A stretch of 63,889 bases of DNA, taken from positions 1 through 63,889 of the forward strand of contig NKIB01013133.1 in assembly GCA_002256025.1 (NCBI GenBank), written 5' to 3'. A program made the translations under genes and the position numbers. Below the pieces are notes generated by a model. It made no database searches and had not been told where the DNA came from. It saw nothing but the letters and a program-made list of their open reading frames with translations. Positions 48,386-58,835 of this stretch are shown piece after piece (position 1 is the first letter of the stretch; the number at the start of each line of letters is the position of its first letter). The stretch comes from Asterionella formosa. Taxonomy: Eukaryota.

Positions 48386-48437
48386 TGTTAGGAAACCTAC
48401 ATACAACAATGGTACATGATGATGGATGGACTATGGT
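48386..48437 (+). repeat. Truncated 3' LTR, preceded by the PPT-like CACAGGAGTG
   Basis: 50/52 identity to 43384-43435, then an abrupt loss of similarity. Confidence 0.85.
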
Positions 48438-49276
48438 AAATATTCGACACTGACCTGAATTGGTGCGTATTGTTATTATATTGGCTATCAATGGTACCAA
48501 AGAGAAATCGCTAAATAGATTTACGAGCATTGCTGCTGCTTTTCTGGACAAAAAATGAATGTTCTACTAGGAAAGATGTCAATAAAGCCAATATTTTTAT
48601 GCGTGCACAGATTTATGACCACCAGGTGTCCATCCATGCTGTTGACAGGACGAGTCACCAGCCTCCCTTCTTTTCAGGTTTTGAAGTGTGCAATCAACAA
48701 TGAATTGACAAAGTTTGTCTAGTGTCAAATCCTTCCTCTGCCTACTGGCTGCCTATTGGTTAGCAAACAAGGGTCAATGAAAAGGGGGTTCTGGAGCAAA
48801 CATGATTCTGGAGGGGGCAGCACAATTCTTTGAAAAGTGCGCCATAAAATCGTGGTCTAGAATACTTTGGAGCGAGCTTTGCTTCGCGTCGCTCATGATC
48901 GCTCAGCTAACAAGCCATGAAGTTTTGTTGCAACTATACTGGTATACACGAGGAACAGCGGGAGCACAGCAGCTTCAGCCATGGTATACCGATATTTATG
49001 AAAAATACTTTAAGCCATTCTATAACGTAACAATATACCCCAGTAGTAGTATACTATGCATAGCTAATAGTGCGCGCATCTACAGGAGTGTACTACAAAA
49101 CTGCCACAACTGACAACAATGATTTGATAGTAAATATTAGTCCAGATGGAGCACTTTCCTTGTGCAAACTCGAACAAGATGCCGAGGCACTTACAACATG
49201 TTATGGCCTTTAGATTGTAGATTTATTTGCTAATCCCCTAGCTACAAGCTCTCCCAATTTTGAGGTTTCGAGAAAT

Positions 49277-49383
49277 GGGGGGGGGGGGGGGGGGGGTTGT
49301 TGGGGTGGTTTTTTTTTTTTTTTTTTTAAATTTTTTTATTTTAAAATTTTTTTNNNNNNNNNCCCCCCCCCCCCCCCCCCCCC

Positions 49384-49419
<36 letters not shown>

Positions 49420-49435
49420 CCCCCCCCCCCCCCCC
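49277..49435. other. Assembly join: poly-G/poly-T, 9 Ns (49354-49362), poly-C
   Basis: Homopolymer runs flanking Ns, typical of low-quality read ends. Confidence 0.95.
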
Positions 49436-50084
49436 GTCTTGTTTGGGTACCTTGATTTTGTAATTTTGTCAAAAGTATAGAATTAATCATTCTTTCTTGA
49501 GCACCCTGCTCCCTATAACCACAAGATGCATTCCTGAAAATGCTTACCGGAAATTCTATACTTTTGATCAAGGAAAATTTCCATCAAAACAAGCTCTCAT
49601 TTTGCATACGTCATGAATCGAAATTTGGGCTATAGTAGTATATTGCTACGTAATTTTGTTAAAAGATGATCACTATAATTTTATCCTAAGTAGCTAGTAA
49701 CTCCAATTCATCAGCTATGCAAAATCGCAAAATCAATCAAGTAACCCTGTCTGAGGAAAACGGAGACCATTTTAGTAGAGCTGTACTTGCAAGGGTACTA
49801 TACTGCTCAACTGTTCCTAAAGGCATTGCTTTTCTTCATGGTGTTACTAGTAGTAGTACTATCTACTCTGCCTTGCAGTGAGTGTGACTATTTGCTTGGC
49901 TACACATGCAGGATCAAAGAAGAGCAGAGTACCACAGAATGATGGTGGGAGACAGAACAATGCCGTGGTGCACGGAACCTTGTTGCAGGGGAAGGTAAGC
50001 CTAGCTAATCAGCCCATCTCAATTCACATTGTTTCCTACTCCAATATGCCAGCAGGTTCTCTGTAAATGAGTTAGCCTGCCTGC

Positions 50085-52628
50085 TTGCAGACCGATGCAA
50101 TGGCAATAACCACGACCACTGCCGATAATATTCAACAATCATTGGAAAGAATGAATCAACATCAATATTCTATCATGGCTCCACCTCCACAGCTGCAAGA
50201 ATTGTTGAGGCAGATTGAGCAGCAAAATGCTATACTTGAAGAACCATTGACAGATCAACGTCCAGCTCCAGCTCCACAGCTGAAAGAATTGATAAGACAG
50301 GATGAACAAAAAAAACATTCTTGAACAACCATTAACAGATTTACGTAAACAAAGAATGGATGTAAGCAACTCGTCCTCACCAGCTGGATGCAAGAGTTGC
50401 TGAGGCAGAATGAGCAACGAAATCATATTCTTGAACATCAATTACGAGACTTGTTGTTACGCAAACAAATTGCAAGATCAAAACAAGAGACATTTCTGAA
50501 TAGGAGTATAAAGAAGAAAGCAAAAAGGTCGATGAACTGGAATGATGTGCATGCCAGCTTAATCTAGTAGCTATTCAAATGCGAGAGTAAGCGGCCCAAA
50601 ACAGCCACCGCAAAACATAATACAACTGTGGGAGCTGCCATTAGAGCACTATTGACTATCCTTCTCGGAAATACTTGGGAATCAACAAGAGCTCACCTTT
50701 TAGTTGACTATTGTATCGAAGGATATATATATATATGTATGAAAAACATCTTTATGAAGAAAAATTGTTACCAGTGAGTAGAGGATTGAGAAGAGACAAG
50801 ATTTTCAAGGCGTACCTTCTGCAAACGACGATTGATAGTGCAAAAGTTGGAGGTCTCAACTAAAAGGCCGTTGATGAAATGCGCTTTCTTGAGAAACTCC
50901 CAAGCCTCCAGTGTTGTATGCCGGGCTCCTCAACAATAAAACAGAAAGCAAAAGAGTTAGAGGAATATGCAAAGCAAGTGATTCAATGGACACACGAGAT
51001 GACTAAATATGGGTAAACTTCTTACCAATTCGCTTTTGAGAAATACTTTCGGCATCTCATTGGAAAATTTTGATTGCTGGAACATTGTCTAGTACAAGGA
51101 AATAAAAGTCAGAGAGTATGAGTTTTATTTACCCTTGATGATGGTGCTGCATCAACGAAGTACTTGAGCCACCTCCTGGCAGGGATCATCAAGCTGGTCG
51201 ATGTCAGGGCAAGAGATCCTCAAACAAACGAGCCGCTTTTTTTAAACAACAAATACCAATCCCAAGATCTGTGTTTCTCCATGAAATTCTCTTTGCACAA
51301 TATAGTAAAAAGGCTTACCATGTTTTTATGAAAGACTTCTTTCAATTCATGACAATACTCAATCGTGATGGCTTACCTGAAAGCGAACAAGGACCATCAT
51401 TGCGACCATTTAAAATTGCTTATGAGTCCACAGGACATGTCCAATCAGTGGAAATCTTTGTGCTTGGCTGGGTGACTCGTCTTCTAGTAGTTACATTACT
51501 TACTTCTACGAATGCTGTATGGTTCACCGGGATTCATGAGGTACTCCAGCCCAGCATGCCGACAGGCAGGTGTACTCGTTGTACTGAACAGCAGCATATA
51601 GAATTGTGCTATGATCATCATGTTGTCTGTGACACAGAAAAGCTAGCCAGGCTACGACATGAAGAGCTCATTTCTACAGTTACTACAACACTGAAAGACC
51701 ACTGGAAAAGAATAGACGATATCACACGACAATCAACTGTGTTAGTTGATCAAAATCTTGGTAAAAGCGATGGTGCTGTTGGGGAATATAATCAATTCCT
51801 ATTACTGACAGAGTTATTGATACAACACTCCGGGAGGGCGATGCAGTATGGAATTATGAGTTTGGAAGAAAAACAAATAGAACTAACTAAACAATAAATT
51901 GAAATCGAAGAAAAGGTGACAGGGATTCGAGTAGCTTTAAATGAACATGAAGCTGTGGTAGGGTTGGCTCTAATTTTAGTGGAGCAAGCTATTCCTTTCT
52001 TGCTACATTGCTTTTGCTTACCCTGTCAACGAGAAAATATTTCAGGTGCTCCTCCAGCAGGGTATGCTACTACGGTATGGCGATGCTAGCAGCAAAAAAC
52101 GAACAGCATACTATGTACATTAAATATCGGAAACTGAGGTGCTTTGTGGGACGTGCACCAACCCTGCTCAATGGCGTTTCCCTTTGTTGTTGTCAGATGA
52201 CAAAAAATCAGTTTAGAAAGAAAATCCGACCAACAAAAGAGCTACGGCATGATGTATAGATGGATTGTATGCCGCGATAACTTCTTGTTTTTTTCGTCAT
52301 GAATTAGATGAGAACGACGACTTGCTTCGGCATACGGGAGCCGAATGACGAGGCAAAACGGCCTGAATGGAATAACTTGACAACCAAATACAGGGAATTG
52401 ATAAATTTTTCAAGGCAAGAAGAAGACTTCACAGATGGCGAAATAGAGGAGTTTCACAACATATCATGTGGTGACTTCATGAAGAAGTGGGTTGCTTTGG
52501 CAGGGACACGGAATGTCACAAGCTACGTGCACATGATTGGGGCAGGCCACCTGGAGTATTACCTCAAAATTTTTCGGAATCTTTTCAAATATTCCAACCA
52601 AGGTTGGTGGGAAGCAGCCAGCCAGTGA
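50085..52628 (+). pseudogene. Decayed DDE transposase, RAG1/Transib-like
   Basis: Across frameshifts: VLFTLD(D)GA (~51122), YQSQDLCF (~51254), PQDMSNQWKSL (~51428), YFYECC (~51501), EQAIPFLLHC (~51982) and VTSYVHMIGAGHLEYYLKIFRNLFKYSNQG(W)WE (~52515-52613). N-terminal coiled-coil repeats at 50185-50450. Confidence 0.7.
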
Positions 52629-54503
52629 ATCAAAAGCTCAAAAGAGTCTACATTCTCTGAAGCTACAACAATTAAAAACAATCTACCAAGACCTCTATCA
52701 GTCAGATAGCATCATCCTTTTGACAACAATAAGCCAACATGGCCATCATTGGGGAAGAAAACATATGGGGAAACAACTCCATCACCACCAAGCACTGCAA
52801 CAAATGGAGGCGAACCTTCAAAAATACAGTTTTTGAGTCATACTATGATATTAAGTCACACCCACGGTTGTTGGCTAATATTGACCCTGCTCCTGGATGG
52901 GTCAGCTCGGTTGTAGTTCGAAAACTCTGGACAAACAACTACGCCCACAGTGTCAAGTCTTGTGAGCCATGTGCTGGTGTGTAAAGGCTGCCCAGATGCC
53001 TTGCGGGCTTCAATGGTTGGGGCACAGTTTGGAGTTTCGATTGTCCCAAATGTCCAACTAGTAGCTAAGCAAATAGCAGTATTGAAAGTGCTTACTCCAT
53101 TTCTTTCTTAGATACTAGTAGCCTTATGCAACTTTTGTATAATGGGTACACTGTACAACATTTACTGCAAGCTGTCGTGTTAAGTATTTCACAGAACGCT
53201 TGCTTGTAAAGACCACTGACACCCATGCAAATTTCTTGGCATATCATTGTTGCTTTTATTGACATCATCCCTGTAATTTTCAACATCATTTCTGCACCGC
53301 ATTTCTTTGAATTGTCGTTGCAGAAATGCCCAACACTGGTGGGAGACTCCTTCAAAAGAAATTGTAACATTGGTATAGCTATAGAAATATTTGTTTGGAT
53401 GATGGCGCTTTGATGGATCAGAGACAAACTCACATCAAAAAATCATATGCCTGCCAGGAGTACTAGTAGGTTGATTGTGGTGCCCCACCTTCATTCTTAC
53501 TTTCTTCCATTTCAACTAAAACACCCTCTTCATTCATAAATCTCCTGTAGTAGGCGGCATTCATGGTACCATGGGGAGAATTTGCATTTGACATTATGGA
53601 GGAGGATGCATGGACAAGAAAAAAGATATCTGCAATGACACCATCTGGCACAACCCAGCAGGAAACAACAGAACTGGCTGGCTACATGCTCTCATGTAGC
53701 AAGGAAATGGAAAGGTGGTTTTCAGGTGGTACTGAAGGGTAGATTTGGATTTGATTTAACATCCAACAATCTCCCAATAGATCCACCTGTGAGAATTACA
53801 AACTCACTGGAATGCAGCGTAATAGATAGATGCCCCAAAAGTAGCTGTAGAGGCGATGCATTCCTATTAAGTATACCATTAGCCTCTATTTGATTGGCAA
53901 CAACTGTAGTGCTAATAGTATTGACTTCCATGGTGGCTGTTAATTTCTTCCCTCTGATCATGAAATCATCATGGGTGGCAGTCGGAATTGCATCCTCCTC
54001 ATTTAGTAACAAGCCATCAGAGCGGGGGGTCTCACGAAGTCGCGAACTAATTATATCGAAAAGTAGTTTACTATAGGAATAGATTGAGGAAAATATTTTT
54101 GTTGTTGCTAAATGTTCATTTCTACTACCAGGGTACCTGCACATGTTTCAAGTTGGGGACATCCTAGAGCAACATTCGAGTTTTGCACACGGAAAGTGCT
54201 CCCGTTAGGTAGAAAAGGGAGCAAGTACAGTACGGCAATGATAAATATGCGTATCCAGTGATGTGGACCTATCATTTACGTGGAGATATCATTATCTCTC
54301 CTAAAATATTTATTTACAAGCAATCGTTATAGATATATTATATATATAAAAGGAAGTTCTTTCTCAGTTTCGCTTTCAAACAGCCAATACTGCCGGTACA
54401 GGGACGTTGTGCCAATTTGACCGAGAGGCCGCTGTTTTGATCACAACCCCCTCGTGATCCGCAGATCCTCCTCAGAGGCATACCGGTAGCTCATTGAAGC
54501 ACC

Positions 54504-55745
54504 ATGTCTGGCTTGAATCTTGTCAATCCGCTGCGGTATCGCAACCTCTTGGTAGTGATTAAGCAAACGGCATTCGAAGAGTATTCCTCGGTAAGTTATC
54601 TCATCAGACACACGTTCGAGCCCAGCTGGCACCTACTGTTCTGGTACTCACGATGCTAACATGGCGAGTCTCCAACTTCTACTTCTTACCCAGCTCAAAC
54701 TAAGAGGCCTATCGCCGAAAGGCCTTCGCTGGAAGCGATTGGAAAGCCGATACAGGGCGCACAAACAGTGCGTCGAGGATTTGTTTGACATTCTCAAGAG
54801 CTACAAAGTCAACTTTTCTTGTGTCAATCGAGTCGATTTGGATCGCCAGCATCTCGCGGATGTAGATCTAGTCATCGCTGTGGGTGGAGATGGAACCGTT
54901 CTTTCCGCGGCGCATTTCTTGGACCATGGAACGATACCTTTACTGGGCGTCAACTCGGATCCTATGAAAACGTTGGAAGATCGATCCGTCAAGAAGACGA
55001 GCGACGAACGAAGGTAACGTCTTGTTGGTTTTGTGAATCCATCGCACTATTCTACATTCATAGCAGTACGGCTAACCTCCACAACAATTTTCACAGATCG
55101 CACGGGGCCCTCTGTATGTGCACGGCCGACAATATGGTACATGGCATTGAACGAGTATTGGTCGGTGACGCCACCTTGAGGGAACGGACTAGAATTAATT
55201 GCACGGTCAAATCTACATTTTCGGAAACTCGTCTGGTGCCAGCCCTAAATGATTTGTTGGTTTCCAATCCAAGTCCTGCCGCGGTTAGTCGATTCCGAAT
55301 GGGATGGTTGGAGGAAAAGAACAATGCAGCAGTCAATGCTCAATACGGAACTGTCACTAGGTTTGGAGGAGTCTCCTATGACATTACCAATTCGTTGAAT
55401 GTGTGGTCATCAGGTATGTGGCTGTGTACAGCAACAGGATCGACCGCCGCCATGGCAGCGGCAGGAGGGTCCCCAATGCTTTTGGAGTCAACAAATTTGC
55501 AGTATTTGATTCGAGAGCATATGATTGAAAGTAACGGGAATAGTGGAGAAGAGATTCGGAATATGAACAATGCAATGATTACAAGTGGACAAAAGATGCA
55601 CTTGCGGTGGAACTCGCATAAGGGAAGAATCTTTATTGATGGATCACATCTGACACACAATCTAGAGCTTGGTGACGAAATTTTGATTGACAACAATGCT
55701 CCCCCCTTGCGGATGTTCGTGAGAGATGAGTATATTGGCAAATAG
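54504..55745 (+). CDS. NAD(H) kinase, NADK3-like; exons 54504-54590, 54694-55013 and 55097-55745 (351 aa)
   Basis: GGDGT, GVNSDP, DERRSHGALC (across the intron), ALND and SSG..TATGSTAAM motifs. Both introns are GT...GCTAAC...CAG and keep the frame. Confidence 0.92.
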
Positions 55746-56119
55746 GATTATGTAGTGTGAGACTAGAAGAAGCCAATCATGTTCTATTGCACTTCTCCTC
55801 TTGTTGGCTGGAAGTTACGAGTCGTGTCCGTCGAGCTTATAGTAGTCGCGCCTTATCACCTCATAAATCAGTAAAAAGGGTAGTGTAGCAACTTCCTCCT
55901 CTGATATTCCGAACAAGTGTATTAAGCCTCAAGCCAGACAAGCAGTCAATACTACTCATTATTCTTCAATTTAGTTTTCAAATGCCAAGAAAAGTTAAAA
56001 GTCCTTAAAAATTATTTTTACCGAGGGCTGAACTCGACGAGTCACGCTAACATGTACAGTGATGTATTGACGCTCCTGCCGTCACAGAGATGACAGAGTG
56101 GTAAGTTGATAATGAGCGC

Positions 56120-57280
56120 TTACTCGGAAAGACTGATGGATGCGCGATCGAGCTTGGTCTTAAGGTAGTAGACGTAAGCGGCAAGGAGAAGGAAAGAGAC
56201 AACAAAAAGGCCAATGAAAACAGATGCGGTTGTGTTTGCACTCTTTGACGCTTGGATAGTTCCATCCTTGCGAGTGATCTTGATGCCTTCCATGTAGTTG
56301 CATGCAACATTGTTTGGGTTGGCAATAGAAAGAAGCGTTTCACACTTTCCAGCAATTGGGTAAATGTTTTCACAGGTTTCCTTGACAGTGTCAGCATCGT
56401 TTGCATCATTACCTTCTACGTAATCCGAAGCCTCGAGGCAGTCGTAGCAGTCCATGTTGATAATGCTTGTTTTGGCATATGGCAGATCAGTGAGGGCGTT
56501 CTCGTAGAAAGTGGTGGCGCCTCCTGCATCATCAGCGAAAGTGGTGCATGAGTCATCAGTGAAAAGACCGAGAAAGACAGCTCCTCCTTGTTCGGCGCAA
56601 TAAGGCCCCAAGTAGTATTTGTTGTCGGCAAGCTCACGGTCAAGGATCTCAAGGGCGTCACTTTCAGCGAGTTCACGTCGCCTGTTGAATTTGTATTGAC
56701 CACAATTCATGTATTCTTCAATCTTGAAGTTGTTCTTGTTGTTTCCGTTTGGGTTCTTGATTCCGCAAATCACGTCGAGTCCCTTCTTGTTGTAGCATTC
56801 GTAGTAACAAGTGTCTTGGTCGTCTGCGTTTGAGCAGTCGCATGTAACAGCTGCGCACAAGTAGTCATTGTAATCTTCAAGAGACTTGACATAGTAACTG
56901 AGGTATGTATCCATGTCAATGACGTAGTCACCGTATCCTTTATTGCATCCAGCTGCGTTGGAAGCTGTGCAGGAACTGGTTGGGCAGAGGCGGAAGCGAA
57001 TGAGACGCTTGGTTTCGATACGGACATCTTCAGCGTTATCGACATTGTTATTCCACTGGGAAATGTGGTGGCAACCTTGGAACTTCATGGAGAAGCCAGA
57101 GATCCAGGTGAAGCTAGCAGCGTTTTCATCGAGACGACGGGCGTTGGCCATGAGGTTGCGGCCGAGTGTGGAGTCAACCTCGACGTCGCTCAGTGGAACC
57201 TTGTGATTCTTTCCAAAGATGGGAAGATGATTAGTGGCGCTGACAGCGACCACAGAAAGAAATGTCAGGAGGAACTTCAT
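56120..57280 (-). CDS. SIN1: Silicanin-1-like SDV membrane protein
   Basis: True start MKFLLTF at 57280 (386 aa). Signal peptide, ARRLD (RXL), SMKFQGCHHISQWN, ETKRLIRFRLCP, GYGDYVIDMDTYL, YYLGPYCAEQGG, TM and tail YLKTKLDRASISLSE. Orthology to Sin1 rather than a paralogue is unverified. Confidence 0.88.
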   Translation of the reverse strand: MKFLLTFLSVVAVSATNHLPIFGKNHKVPLSDVEVDSTLGRNLMANARRLDENAASFTWISGFSMKFQGCHHISQWNNNVDNAEDVRIETKRLIRFRLCPTSSCTASNAAGCNKGYGDYVIDMDTYLSYYVKSLEDYNDYLCAAVTCDCSNADDQDTCYYECYNKKGLDVICGIKNPNGNNKNNFKIEEYMNCGQYKFNRRRELAESDALEILDRELADNKYYLGPYCAEQGGAVFLGLFTDDSCTTFADDAGGATTFYENALTDLPYAKTSIINMDCYDCLEASDYVEGNDANDADTVKETCENIYPIAGKCETLLSIANPNNVACNYMEGIKITRKDGTIQASKSANTTASVFIGLFVVSFLLLAAYVYYLKTKLDRASISLSE

Positions 57281-58835
57281 GGTGTATGAAATTGATATCT
57301 GATGACCAATTAGTTGAAGAAGAGAACGGGTTAGCTTCAGAGATCGTCGATTTAGATACACAATGCGGCGAAAGAGCAGAGACGACAAGAGCTGTTGTTG
57401 CGGGCAAACTGCTCTGTCGTAAACAATGGTGGTACGATGGAGAATGGCCATGGCTAGTGGGTGAAAAAAGGAGAAGGACTTCCCAACCGTGGGGCTTTCA
57501 CTTTCAGCGCAAGTAGTCTTATGTAGAGTAATACATAATTCTCCCACTGGGCAATGCGTTGCTCAATTTCTCTAGAACGATGTTGCAACGCATTTCCTCC
57601 CGTCCGATCAAACGACGAACGCTTGCAGCTGGCACACATCGTTGTCTCCATTGATCAATCCTTGAGCCAAAGGCGATACCGTCACATTCATTCATGTCAT
57701 GATCATTGTTCCTCACCTAAACTCAAGAAGATGGGAAAGTCTAAAAAAGTTATGATGGGGTCGAGGTAGCGATTTCAATGTTGCTACCAAACGGTACATT
57801 TATCGCCGTAGGCTGCAAAATGAAACGTCGGGCTCGCGAAACTCTCGGCTCTTCTCAAAGAAGCTACGTGTAGGCGTTATTTCAATGATCGTTGCGCATG
57901 CCAAGCCTCGCCAATGAATTCGCACGCCCGCCGCCATCGGAAATTCAAGCGTTCTAGCCAACGGTGGTCTTTGGATGGTTTTCATTGGTTTCCTTGTTCC
58001 ATGTAGGAACCAAATATCTCAAGTATTACGTCAACAATGAGAATCTGATTGAATATTTTAGCCAATCCGATGACTACATTTATGACACTACCACATGTTC
58101 CGTAGAAATGATTTGAAAAATGATCCTCCAAACACGTGCATGCCGAGGCATTGCTCAATCGCTGAAGTGGGTCTACATTGTCATTCGGAATGTAATTAAA
58201 ACCTACAGAGACGTACACATATCAATGTTCATTGCCTCAATCGCGGCGCGAAAATTATTTTCTGTAGCTCAAACGGAAATTTAGCGATTCGCCACCCCCG
58301 TCTAGAGCTGCTGGCGTGCATTCCGCGTTCAACGCAGCAATTGGATGTTGTTCATACAGAAGACGGACTTTCCACAAATCCTTTTTGATTTGCAGGTGAG
58401 ACCTCCATGTTGATATATCTATCCTGTTGACGGCAATCAAGTAGAAGCAGCAGTCCATAACGTAGAAGGGGACATGGAAGCTGTCGATAGGTGGATCGGC
58501 CGTTGATGGCCTGCTAGTAAAACAGACGACTTGGTGTTTCCAATGCGATCTCCACGACGACCATACTCGAGTGTTTGACCTTGCTCAAGATTCCCAGAAT
58601 CCAGCACTACGAGAGTGATAACAATGATCGCTGCCCTTTCGAAGAGCACTGTTACTACTGACGAATCGAACCCTTCAGCTTTTATCGCACCATTCGTTTG
58701 ACCTTTGATACCTCACCTCAACAAGGGAATTCTATGTCGCTGAAAGGACCGCTTGCTTGTTGAGTCCAGCCCTGTATTTCCAACGATGCTAACTTTTTTG
58801 ACTCCCTTTCATTCAAATCATTACTAGGTTTCAAC

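Larger units (their letters stand above)
43384..48437 (+). mobile_element. Decayed Ty1/copia LTR retrotransposon of the diatom CoDi type
   Basis: gag FEGKCDDLKGRIYD..., YSLVWGQCT and AYHLLTNWK. Integrase GDLMMFVN..., LLDGQFE and HVPDIE. RT IKGRGCADGRKQ, DIPGAFLQADM, KKALYG and WHVD(G)LKIS. RNase H WWIDASFAVH, RSSTE, YQDNQSAILLE and MIADFFTKPLQG. Order IN-RT-RH. Many stops and frameshifts. Confidence 0.95.
49148..54202 (+). mobile_element. TIR DNA transposon relic with a RAG1/Transib-like transposase
   Basis: Left TIR GGAGCACTTTCCTTGTGCAAACTCGAA (49148-49174). Right TIR reverse complement GGAGCACTTTCCGTGTGCAAAACTCGAA (54175-54202). A decayed DDE transposase lies inside. The element spans an assembly gap. 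Confidence 0.72.

Noticed and set aside
49260..49571. Poly-Pro and poly-Gly ORFs
   Set aside because: Translations of homopolymer artefacts around the N gap.
53092..53651. SET-domain-like words (ANSP, GHFCND, IKAT..QEI)
   Set aside because: Short matches in different frames, and an alternative frame looks equally protein-like, so the call is not supportable.
57281..57547. 89 aa N-terminal extension of the Sin1-like ORF
   Set aside because: The signal peptide begins at MKFLL (57280), and the upstream part looks like UTR/intron sequence.
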